Assembly (NCBI RefSeq): GCF_009831105.1
Contig: NZ_WUUQ01000002.1
Span: 180,001-212,000 of the forward strand
Reading direction: 5' to 3'
DNA length: 32,000 bases
DNA from: Copranaerobaculum intestinale
Lineage (GTDB): Bacteria > Bacillota_I > Bacilli_A > Erysipelotrichales > Erysipelotrichaceae
This document shows, piece by piece, positions 24,657 through 32,000 of the stretch. The notes under the pieces are model-generated. The model did not search any database, was not told where the DNA came from, and saw only the letters and a list, made by a program, of their open reading frames with translations. A program made the position numbers and the translations under genes. Positions within the stretch are counted from its first letter, which is position 1; every line of letters starts with the position of its first letter.

Positions 24657-25343
24657 TTGAAAAAAGAAATTACATTCACCGCAAAACAGGTCGGTGAACG
24701 AGTGAAAGAACGCCGAACAGAATTAAACTTAACAATGCCCGAACTTGGTAAGCGTGTCGGGGTAAACAAATCTACCATTCAAAGATATGAAGCGGACGGA
24801 GTAGACCCGAAGCGTACAATGATTATCAACGGGCTGGCAGAAGCACTCCTGACCACTCCCGAATGGCTGACAGGACTTTCCGAAGATAAGGAATATGACA
24901 GCCGCACTTTATGTGCAAGGGATATGGAGGAACATATCAAAAAATATCTTGATACGGTTTCTTCTGTGGTAAAGGGAGAACCGCACCAACAACTGCTTAC
25001 CACATTCCTCGGAAAGATGATTGACCTCTATACGGTTATGACTTATCACTTTGCAGACGCAATGGCTGAGGTTGACCGTGTAGCGGAGGACGAGGGCTTA
25101 AAGCAGTCCTTACGCCGCTATGCGATTGAGTCAGGGGCGATTATGGAAAGGGTTTACCGTAAAGAAATGGAACTTCCTATCGAGAATATGAAGCAGTTTT
25201 TAGATGGGATTTTACATATCTACGATGAGGGACGCACCGCTGTAAAGATGGGCGACCTGTTCGGGATAGTGACAGCAGCCGAAGAAAGGGTTGCTGAAAA
25301 AGAAAAATTCCGTGGCACTTTGACAAGTGAAAATGCCGATTGA
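24657..25343 (+). CDS. XRE-family HTH transcriptional regulator with ~150-aa C-terminal domain of unknown function
   Basis: HTH string VKERRTELNLTMPELGKRVGVNKSTIQRYEADG. TTG at 24657 lies 8 nt after AGGAGG; the GTG at 24648 in the track sits inside the RBS. Confidence 0.8.
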   Translation: MKKEITFTAKQVGERVKERRTELNLTMPELGKRVGVNKSTIQRYEADGVDPKRTMIINGLAEALLTTPEWLTGLSEDKEYDSRTLCARDMEEHIKKYLDTVSSVVKGEPHQQLLTTFLGKMIDLYTVMTYHFADAMAEVDRVAEDEGLKQSLRRYAIESGAIMERVYRKEMELPIENMKQFLDGILHIYDEGRTAVKMGDLFGIVTAAEERVAEKEKFRGTLTSENAD

Positions 25344-25430
25344 CATTCATCGGCATAAGTGACACTATTACTTTACGCACACCATATGTCACAGTCCCGA
25401 TTGCCACGGATAGAAAGGAGAAATTTATCT

Positions 25431-26729
25431 ATGGCAAAAGGTTCTGTAAGAAAAAAAGGTAAAAAGTGGTACGCACGCTTCTATATCGAAGATGAAAGCG
25501 GCAGAAAAGTACAGAAAGAGTTTGTGGGAACAGAAAGCAAGTCTGAAACAGAAGCCCTGCTCAGAAAAGCAATCGCTGACTATGAGGAAAAGAAATTCGT
25601 TGCGAAGTCTGAAAACATCACAGTTGGTATGCTGCTCGATCTGTGGGTGGAGGAAGAACTGAAACCCGGCAATCTCAGCAATGGTACGGTAATGTCCTAT
25701 CAGGGAACGGTCAACCGTATCAAACAGCACCCGATAGGAAACCGAAAGCTGAAAACCGTAACCGCCGACCATTTACAGGCGTATATAGACTTTCTCAGCT
25801 TTGGCGGTACAAATCCTGACGGTACAACCGCAAAGGCACTCAGCAAAGGGTATCTCCGATTGTTTTCGGCTGTTTTACAAGGGGCGTTCCGTTTTGCGGT
25901 ATTCCCGAAAAGACTGATAACCTTTAACCCGATGCAGTATGTGGTATGGCGAGGAAAGAAAGAAGAATGCGAACTGTTCTCGGACGAGGACGGAGAAACT
26001 GCCTCCACACCAACGCTCAGCTACGAACAGTATCAGAGATTAGAGGACTTCCTGAAAAAGAAAAACAATCCTGCACTTCTTCCTATACAGATAGCCTATT
26101 ATACAGGTTTGCGTATTGGAGAGGTCTGTGGTCTGACTTGGCAGGACATTAACCTTGAAGAACAATATCTGACAGTACGCCGCAGTATGCGTTACAACGG
26201 GGCAAGGCACAAAACAGAAATAGGGGCAACAAAGCGTAAAAAAATCCGCACCGTGGACTTTTGCGATACGCTTGCCGCAATCCTGAAAACTGCGAAAACA
26301 GAACAGCACAAAAACCGTTTTCGATACGGGGAACTGTACAGCCTTAATTACTATTTGGAGGTCAAAGAAAAAGACCGCACCTATTATGAGGTTTACAGTC
26401 TGCCGAGGTCGGAGGAAGTCCCAGAGGGGTACAAGGAATTATCCTTTGTCTGCCTTAGACCTGATGGGGCATTTGAAGCACCGAGTACGGTGGGGATTAT
26501 GTGCAGGACAGCGAGAAAAAAGGTGGAGGGATTGGAGGATTTCCACTTTCATATGCTCAGACACACCTATACAAGCAATCTGCTTTCAAACGGTGCAGCA
26601 CCTAAAGATGTGCAGGAACTTCTCGGACACGCTGATGTCAGTACCACAATGAACATTTACGCTCACGCTACAAGGGAAGCGAAGCGTACTTCCGCAAGAC
26701 TGCTGGATAAGGTAATCGGCGGAGAATAA
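25431..26729 (+). CDS. int: Tyrosine site-specific integrase with N-terminal arm-binding domain
   Basis: ATG at 25431 after AAGGAG. N-terminus [19 protein letters not shown] (arm-type DNA-binding fold pattern). Catalytic strings [31 protein letters not shown]. Confidence 0.9.
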   Translation: MAKGSVRKKGKKWYARFYIEDESGRKVQKEFVGTESKSETEALLRKAIADYEEKKFVAKSENITVGMLLDLWVEEELKPGNLSNGTVMSYQGTVNRIKQHPIGNRKLKTVTADHLQAYIDFLSFGGTNPDGTTAKALSKGYLRLFSAVLQGAFRFAVFPKRLITFNPMQYVVWRGKKEECELFSDEDGETASTPTLSYEQYQRLEDFLKKKNNPALLPIQIAYYTGLRIGEVCGLTWQDINLEEQYLTVRRSMRYNGARHKTEIGATKRKKIRTVDFCDTLAAILKTAKTEQHKNRFRYGELYSLNYYLEVKEKDRTYYEVYSLPRSEEVPEGYKELSFVCLRPDGAFEAPSTVGIMCRTARKKVEGLEDFHFHMLRHTYTSNLLSNGAAPKDVQELLGHADVSTTMNIYAHATREAKRTSARLLDKVIGGE

Positions 26730-26730
26730 A

Positions 26731-26771
26731 AATTTCCCTTGTTTCGGCTCATAAGGGCAAAAACAAGGGAA
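26731..26771. repeat. Perfect 12-bp inverted repeat right after the int stop, embedding the right-arm AAGGGCAA motif
   Basis: TTTCCCTTGTTT (26731-26742) / AAACAAGGGAAA (26760-26771). The loop contains ATAAGGGCAAA. Confidence 0.6.
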
Positions 26772-26804
26772 AATACATAAGGTTTGAACATTTAATAGGC
26801 GATA

Positions 26805-26826
26805 TGCCTTGAAAATACAGGGTTTA
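26805..26826 (+). repeat. Direct repeat DR-A, right copy (GCCTTGAAAATACAGGGTTTAT)
   Basis: Matches 19705-19726 at 20 of 22 positions. Confidence 0.7.
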
Positions 26827-26844
26827 TAGAGGATTGAATAGATA

Positions 26845-26852
26845 AATTTGAA
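26845..26852 (+). repeat. attR core (AATTTGAA)
   Basis: Identical to 19638-19645 and in the same reading phase. Confidence 0.7.
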
Positions 26853-27176
26853 TTAAAGAATTTAACTTTTGATACCGCCGGCATTCTGCAGAAAGATGGA
26901 ATACGCATCGCCATCAATACGGATTCACCGGTAATTCCGGAAGAATACCTTCCCATTTGTGCAGGTCTTGCCGCAAAAGCCGGACTGGGAGAAGAAGCGG
27001 CGCTTAAAGCAATTACGATCAATGCGGCTGAAATATTGAAAGTGGATGATCGCATCGGTTCCATTGAGATCGGTAAGGATGCCGATTTGGTAATTACCAA
27101 AGGCAATATCATGGAGATCAACGCAACGGTTGCATATACGTTGATCAATGGCGAAATTGTTTATCAAGGCCACTAA
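26853..27176 (+). pseudogene. Amidohydrolase-family gene, C-terminal 107 codons (start-less fragment, absent from the ORF track)
   Basis: Hand translation gives LKNLTFDTAGILQKDGIRIAINTDSPVIPEEYLPICAGLAAKAGLGEEAALKAITINAAEILKVDDRIGSIEIGKDADLVITKGNIMEINATVAYTLINGEIVYQGH*. This is a typical amidohydrolase C-terminus (TD metal-ligand region, GKDADL). Confidence 0.8.
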
Positions 27177-27212
27177 AAAAAGACTTCCGACAGTATCTCG
27201 GAAGTCTTTTTT
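27177..27212. terminator. Bidirectional terminator between convergent genes
   Basis: AAAAGACTTCCGA-cagtatc-TCGGAAGTCTTTT is a perfect 13-bp stem flanked by A and T runs. Confidence 0.8.
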
Positions 27213-28017
27213 AATCGGAATATGATCGAGGAATACAGTGAATTTCTAAGATTTCCGGGGTATTGCGAAAGCGCGCCGAGAACAGTGCTCCGCCGATCCC
27301 AGAGGAAACAATCAGTTTGGCTGAATGAATCGTATACAGTCCTTTTACATACCGCCGGCCGAGTTTTGGCAGTACCAGCTTAGTAAGAATCGGTACTCGA
27401 ATTTGTCCGCCATGGGTATGACCGGATAAGGCTAAATCAACATGATTCAGATTCACATTGTCCATGACATCAGGCTCATGTGAAATTAGGATTTGAAACG
27501 GCATGGTACGGGCATGATACAGTTCTTTATCCTGCGTACCGAATAAGGCATCCTCCAGCCCGCCGATGGCTATTTCTAAATCAGGAAGAGATATCGTTTC
27601 ATTGTTTAAGACCTGAATGCCGCAGCTGCGCATGAAGGAAGCATATGTTTTATGAGAAATATAGCTGGCATCGTGATTGCCGCATACTGCATAGGTTCCA
27701 TGCGGTGCCTTCAGTTCCTTTAAAAAGGTCTGCAGCTTGATTAAGAATGCAGTATCTTCCCACTGAATATCGATCAGATCACCGCCGAAGATTATGAGAT
27801 CCGGTTGGATGATCTGTAAAGTATTTAGAATGTTGCGGCTGCGATAGCCGAAATTGAAGGCGGTAAAGTGAATATCACTGAAGAATGCGATCTTTAAGGG
27901 CTGTTTTAGTTCACCTTCAACATTGATGTTTCGAATTATCATACGGCGCGGTTCCCATATGGTCATATAAAGAAAAAAGCCGACAGCCAATACACTTAAC
28001 AAAATCAAATAGATCAT
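27211..28017 (-). CDS. Membrane-anchored metallophosphoesterase (calcineurin-like, YkuE-like)
   Basis: N-terminal TM helix. Motifs DIHF, GGDLID, GNHD, GHTHGGQ. RBS AAGGAG. Confidence 0.85.
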   Translation of the reverse strand: MIYLILLSVLAVGFFLYMTIWEPRRMIIRNINVEGELKQPLKIAFFSDIHFTAFNFGYRSRNILNTLQIIQPDLIIFGGDLIDIQWEDTAFLIKLQTFLKELKAPHGTYAVCGNHDASYISHKTYASFMRSCGIQVLNNETISLPDLEIAIGGLEDALFGTQDKELYHARTMPFQILISHEPDVMDNVNLNHVDLALSGHTHGGQIRVPILTKLVLPKLGRRYVKGLYTIHSAKLIVSSGIGGALFSARFRNTPEILEIHCIPRSYSD

Positions 28018-28358
28018 GACATCACACTCCTTAAGATACCATAGTATATCATATCCGGTTGTTTGAAAGTATATATTTCGGTACTACTATGCTCCGAAAT
28101 TCATGCGTTTATGAATAAGATAATTTCAGCTTTATAAGATAATGCGATCCGTTTGATGATTGATGTAATTTTAAAAAGTGAATAATGTATACCTTGAGCC
28201 GTTTAAACATCGTTTGTAACAGTATCGCCTGATGATGTGAAATATTATGGAAAAGGCTTTTTGATGAGATACGCAAAGGAAGATTATTGAAATTATGAAA
28301 AGGTTTCACTAATTTCTATAAATTTTTGTAGTATAATATGCTCATTGAGGTGATTTTA

Positions 28359-28964
28359 ATGTCAGAGACAGCTGTGCGCTATGAAGAACAACTAGAACTG
28401 CTTTATCAAAAACAGCTTCGTCAAGAGCCTTTGAATGAAGCGGAGCAGGAGCAGTTAAAAGCGCTTGTAGAACATCCCAAGGAACCGATGGACAGCGCGA
28501 GTTTTATGAAGATTATGTATTTGTACGGCATACGGTACATGCAGACGGATAAAAAAGCTGCCGCCCGCTATTGCGCGATGCGGATACGAAGCGTGCTTCA
28601 GCTTCAGGAAAAGAAACGGATGCCGCGGCCGCGGTTTCTGGATTTTAAAATAATGGAGGCAGATGATGCAATGTTGGACTTTATGAAGGAACGCACCGCT
28701 TTTCTGGAAGATACCTATGCGTATATTCAAAAGAAGCTGCTGATGCTAATTATTGTATTCAGTATGATCTTAGGCTTTGGACTTACCTTACTGCGCATTT
28801 CGATGCCGGTGATGATTCTGGTTTGTTTCATGTTCGCTGTTTTTAATTATTTGGTGATGTATGGCAAGCTGAAGCGTAAGTTTGACCGTAAGCAGACACT
28901 GGCGTTGGCGGATTATGTGGACGAGGAACTAAAAGAAATGGATCGTCCGATTTTATACTCATGA
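28359..28964 (+). CDS. Hypothetical membrane protein (soluble helical N-terminal half, two C-terminal TM helices)
   Basis: ATG at 28359 after GAGGTGA. TM segments LLMLIIVFSMILGFGLTLL and MPVMILVCFMFAVFNYLVMY. No known motif recognised. Confidence 0.55.
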   Translation: MSETAVRYEEQLELLYQKQLRQEPLNEAEQEQLKALVEHPKEPMDSASFMKIMYLYGIRYMQTDKKAAARYCAMRIRSVLQLQEKKRMPRPRFLDFKIMEADDAMLDFMKERTAFLEDTYAYIQKKLLMLIIVFSMILGFGLTLLRISMPVMILVCFMFAVFNYLVMYGKLKRKFDRKQTLALADYVDEELKEMDRPILYS

Positions 28965-29752
28965 GTACGATGAAGCTGATTGCCATCGATATGGACGGCA
29001 CCCTGCTGAATGACCGCAAGGAGATACCGGAATCCTTTTTTCCGGTTATGCAGGAGCTGCAGAAGCAGGGCGTGCAGTTTGTCATCGCAAGCGGCCGTCA
29101 ATATGCAACACTGGCAAGCTTGTTTAAAGGTCACGATGAGCATTTTATCTATATTTGTGAAAATGGCGCTGCCGTCTTTCAAGAGGGGAAACCGTTATTT
29201 CTCGATCAGGCTGATCCGTCGGTCATGAAGAATATCGTAAAGGATCTGCGAAAATTTGGAAAAGTGAATCCAGTCATATGCGGTGCTCACGGCGCGTATA
29301 TTGAAAAGGGCTCCAGGGATGTGATCGAACATGTGGAGCAATATTATAAAAGCTATCAAATTGTCAATGATCTGCTGGATATCATTGAAAATCAGCCGAT
29401 CTGTAAGATGTCGATTCTTGATCTGCACGACGCAGAGCATCATGTATATCCTTATATGAAGAAATATGCCGATATTTTTCAGATTTTACTATCCGGCTAT
29501 GAATGGGTAGATGTCATGAATGTCGGTGTCAATAAAGGTGAAGCGTATACCCGCCTGATGAAACGTTTAGGTTATACTAGTGATCAATGTATGGCGTTCG
29601 GTGATTATCTCAACGATATTGAATTGCTTCAAAGCTGTAAATACAGCTATGCCATGGAAAATGCTCATCCGGATGTTAAACAAGCGGCGAATTTTATTGC
29701 CCCCAGCAATGAAGAAGCCGGGGTTGTACAAATTTTAAAAACCATGTTATAA
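28961..29752 (+). CDS. Cof-type HAD-IIB family hydrolase (sugar-phosphatase-like)
   Basis: IAIDMDGTLLND (motif I), ASGR (motif II), GDYLNDIELL (motif IV). ATGA overlap with the upstream gene. Confidence 0.85.
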   Translation: MSTMKLIAIDMDGTLLNDRKEIPESFFPVMQELQKQGVQFVIASGRQYATLASLFKGHDEHFIYICENGAAVFQEGKPLFLDQADPSVMKNIVKDLRKFGKVNPVICGAHGAYIEKGSRDVIEHVEQYYKSYQIVNDLLDIIENQPICKMSILDLHDAEHHVYPYMKKYADIFQILLSGYEWVDVMNVGVNKGEAYTRLMKRLGYTSDQCMAFGDYLNDIELLQSCKYSYAMENAHPDVKQAANFIAPSNEEAGVVQILKTML

Positions 29753-29828
29753 GTACATCACTTATAGGCAGAAACACAAAAACATCAGGCCCCTTCCCAT
29801 ATACTGTAAGGAAAGGGGGCTTACCTAT

Positions 29829-30341
29829 ATGTATACACGTTACGTTATCCGTCCTGGTGACAGCGGAATCGGTGTAAATAAAATGCAGGGATATTTAAAT
29901 ATCATGCAGGAAAATGGTTTTATCAATACCAAGCTGCTGCTTGATGGACAGTATGGCTCGAAAACATCGGAGGCGGTAAAAGAATTTCAGCGTTATGCTG
30001 GATTGGCTGTCGATGGCGTGATCGGATCACAGACATGGGATTCTTTAGTAGATAAACTGCGCGATATGGGCGTGGTAACGAATATTCCGGTTGTCAGTCC
30101 TACGTTTTTCTTAGGCGCTGGAAACAGCGGTCTGGATGTATTCAAAATGCAGGAATACCTGAATGAATTATCCGCAGTCAATCCATGTCTGCGTCCGGTA
30201 CCTGTAGATGGTAACTTTGGCAACCGTACGATTGCGACGGTTTCTCAGTTTCAGTACCTGTATGGATTAACTATTGACGGACGCATCGGCAAGGCGACTT
30301 GGGATGCCATAGTCAATGAGCGAAATAAAATCAAAGCGTAA
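29829..30341 (+). CDS. Protein made of two peptidoglycan-binding (PG_binding_1-like) domains
   Basis: Two copies of the pattern G..V..(F)Q.Y.GL.(V/I)DG.IG..TWD.(L/I). No obvious signal peptide or catalytic domain. Confidence 0.75.
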   Translation: MYTRYVIRPGDSGIGVNKMQGYLNIMQENGFINTKLLLDGQYGSKTSEAVKEFQRYAGLAVDGVIGSQTWDSLVDKLRDMGVVTNIPVVSPTFFLGAGNSGLDVFKMQEYLNELSAVNPCLRPVPVDGNFGNRTIATVSQFQYLYGLTIDGRIGKATWDAIVNERNKIKA

Positions 30342-30371
30342 AAAAGCTGAGTGGTATTCTCAGCTTTTTTT
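30341..30371 (+). terminator. Rho-independent terminator
   Basis: AAAAAGCTGAG-tggtatt-CTCAGCTTTTT followed by a T-run. Confidence 0.8.
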
Positions 30372-30474
30372 AATTGATTAGGTATAGCCAAACGCTGAAT
30401 GCTTTAAAGCTTTTAAACGTCGTTTCCTGTGCGTTTATGAGTCATTTTTTTGTAAACGGAATGTCTTTGCTTTT

Positions 30475-31386
30475 TTACAGCTGCGGAAACAGAAATAGTA
30501 AAGCTTTTTGATCAATTGTGATTTTTGGATTCTGCAGGTTTTCAATTTCACCGTCGATATTCATGATCAGCTTGTCATCCGCAAGCAGCTCCACTTCCTT
30601 GCAGCGGCGGAATGTCACAATATCGGGGTAGTCCAGATGCTGACCGCGCTTGTAGATATTTACCAGCTGAAGGACTTTCATGCGGGATACGCGCTTTACG
30701 CAGATGAAGTCCAGCATACCGTCCTGCACATCGGCTTTGGGAGCGGCTCGATAACCGCCGCCATAGTACTGGGCATTGGCGATCACGGCGAAGATGTAAT
30801 TATCTTTTGGGAAAAGCTCACCATCCACTTTGTAAGAGAAATAATTGTCCAAGGATGTAAAAAAACAGTAACCAAGGGAAAGATTATACGCAGCCGGTCC
30901 GTTTACCAGGGGCAGGTTTTTAAACTTCATCACATTTTTCGCAATCGCGCTGTCCAAGCCGGTAGAAATCAGATTGATGCTGATCGTATCACCCATGCGC
31001 ATCAAATCTATAACTTCTTCATGGGCAAACAGTTGTTTTTCGATATCCAGGAAATCACTGGTTTGATATTGATCAAAGCTTTTGATAAAATCATTGCCGG
31101 TGCCAATCGGCATAATACCAACTGCACAGTGAGGATGACCGTAAGCTCCATTTACTACTTCACCGAGGGTACCGTCACCGCCGCATGCATAAAAACGCAG
31201 GCGTTCTGTATGAGCCTGTGCCATTTTTCTTGTAAAGGTTGTTGCTTCACCGATTCCCTCGGTGATGTGGATTATCAGATCACGAAGCAGTCCATGCTTC
31301 TGAAAGACTGCCGTGATTTCTTCGCTGAGCTGATGGGAGCGATCCACTTTGCCAGCGGTAGGATTTATGATAAATATATATTTCAT
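30475..31386 (-). CDS. Diacylglycerol/lipid kinase family protein (YegS/DagK-like)
   Basis: MKYIFIINPTAGK N-terminus and the GGDGTLGEVVNG catalytic loop. The 298-aa plus-strand ORF opposite has no motifs and is antisense noise. Confidence 0.85.
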   Translation of the reverse strand: MKYIFIINPTAGKVDRSHQLSEEITAVFQKHGLLRDLIIHITEGIGEATTFTRKMAQAHTERLRFYACGGDGTLGEVVNGAYGHPHCAVGIMPIGTGNDFIKSFDQYQTSDFLDIEKQLFAHEEVIDLMRMGDTISINLISTGLDSAIAKNVMKFKNLPLVNGPAAYNLSLGYCFFTSLDNYFSYKVDGELFPKDNYIFAVIANAQYYGGGYRAAPKADVQDGMLDFICVKRVSRMKVLQLVNIYKRGQHLDYPDIVTFRRCKEVELLADDKLIMNIDGEIENLQNPKITIDQKALLFLFPQL

Positions 31387-31506
31387 GAAAAAAGTATACC
31401 ATAAATCTGCCGCAGTGAAAGCTTTTCTAAGCAGCTAATTGACAATTCTCCTTGCTTTTTTTTAAGAATCATCGCTATAATGAGAAAAAATGAAAGGAAG
31501 GATCGT

Positions 31507-32000
31507 ATGGAAGCAAAAGTATTAGAGGTTTTAAAGCATCGCAGCAGTGTTCGCAGCTTTACTGACGAACCGATCCCAGAAGCTGTTTTTCATGATATTT
31601 TGGACTGCGGAGTACATGCTGCGAGTGCCGGTAATCTGCAGCCGTTTTCAATCATTCGCTTGTCAACACCCGCGGATAAGAAATTTCTAACCGAAACCTG
31701 TCACATGCAGGGGTTTGTTAAAAAGGCAGCGGAGAATTTGTTGTTCTGCATCGACTTTCACCGTCTGAAACAATGGGCGATGGTAAATAAGGCGCCGTTT
31801 GCGGCTAATCACAGCTACAATCATTTTTGGGTGATCTTTCAGGATGTCGTTATTTGCGCGCAGACGATTGAAACTGCAGCCAATGCCTATGGGATCGGTT
31901 CATGCTATATCGGCACGACCATGGAAAGCAATGATGAGATCATTGATTACTGTCAGCTGCCGGAAGGTGTATTCCCAGTCGTTTTGCTCACCATGGGCTA
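31507..32000 (+). CDS. Nitroreductase-family protein, N-terminal ~164 aa (runs off window end)
   Basis: Hand translation gives MEAKVLEVLKHRSSVRSFTDEPIPEAVFHDILDCGVHAASAGNLQPFSIIRL... The RSSVRSF and SAGN(L)QP strings are nitroreductase hallmarks. RBS GAAAGGAAGGA. Not in the ORF track because no stop lies within the window. Confidence 0.75.
   Translation, partial: MEAKVLEVLKHRSSVRSFTDEPIPEAVFHDILDCGVHAASAGNLQPFSIIRLSTPADKKFLTETCHMQGFVKKAAENLLFCIDFHRLKQWAMVNKAPFAANHSYNHFWVIFQDVVICAQTIETAANAYGIGSCYIGTTMESNDEIIDYCQLPEGVFPVVLLTMG

Larger units (their letters stand above)
19638..26852. mobile_element. Integrative mobilizable element (~7.2 kb; tyrosine integrase + excisionase + MobA/MobL relaxase + cargo)
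   Basis: Splits the amidohydrolase gene and is bounded by the direct repeat AATTTGAA (19638-19645 and 26845-26852). Contains int, xis, an XRE regulator, a relaxase with oriT-like repeats, tnpV and a GntR/ABC cargo operon. No conjugation-pore or replication genes were seen. Confidence 0.85.

Noticed and set aside
26792-27173. Minus-strand ORFs 26792-27148 and 26925-27173
   Set aside because: They are antisense to the clearly homologous amidohydrolase C-terminal fragment on the plus strand.
30508-31404. 298-aa plus-strand ORF
   Set aside because: It lies exactly antisense to the DagK-family kinase gene, which has the GGDGTLGEVVNG motif and a typical N-terminus. The plus-strand product has no motifs and an odd composition.
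1-32000. Scan for CRISPR arrays, tRNA/rRNA genes, IS elements with transposases, and toxin-antitoxin pairs
   Set aside because: I saw no regularly spaced direct repeats, no tRNA-like cloverleaf candidates or rRNA-like segments, and no transposase-like ORFs other than the integrase. A by-eye scan has limited sensitivity for small RNAs.

Overview
This is a 32-kb chromosomal segment from a low-GC Gram-positive bacterium (Bacillota, probably an anaerobe); the exact taxon cannot be determined from the sequence alone. All calls rest on motif recognition and reading the DNA by eye; no database searches were run. Most of the window is housekeeping. It holds the nagA 3' end, a rubredoxin/degenerate-rubrerythrin plus ferredoxin pair, and rpmB. 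A secreted GH73 glucosaminidase-SH3b-dockerin protein sits next to a membrane-anchored cadherin-like surface protein, followed by ftsA-ftsZ and a Ca2+-type P-type ATPase. Further on are pyrP behind a PyrR-type attenuator, a small orphan radical SAM/SPASM protein, and a translationally coupled pgl-gnd-zwf operon. The right end carries a metallophosphoesterase, a HAD-IIB hydrolase, a PG-binding-domain protein, a DagK-family lipid kinase and a nitroreductase 5' end. The standout feature is a ~7.2-kb integrative mobilizable element (19638-26852) inserted in-frame into an amidohydrolase gene and bounded by an 8-bp direct repeat. It carries tnpV, an AT-rich cargo operon (YtrA-type GntR regulator, ABC ATPase, ABC-2 permease, small zinc-ribbon protein), a MobA/MobL-type relaxase with a candidate oriT, an excisionase, an XRE regulator and a tyrosine integrase. 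It has a divergent consensus-promoter switch with four GTTGCAAAA sites and a family of AAGGGCAA arm-type repeats. The other candidates for uncharacterised biology are the dockerin-autolysin/surface-anchor pair beside ftsAZ and the histidine-free rubrerythrin-like protein. No rRNA, tRNA or CRISPR array was seen.
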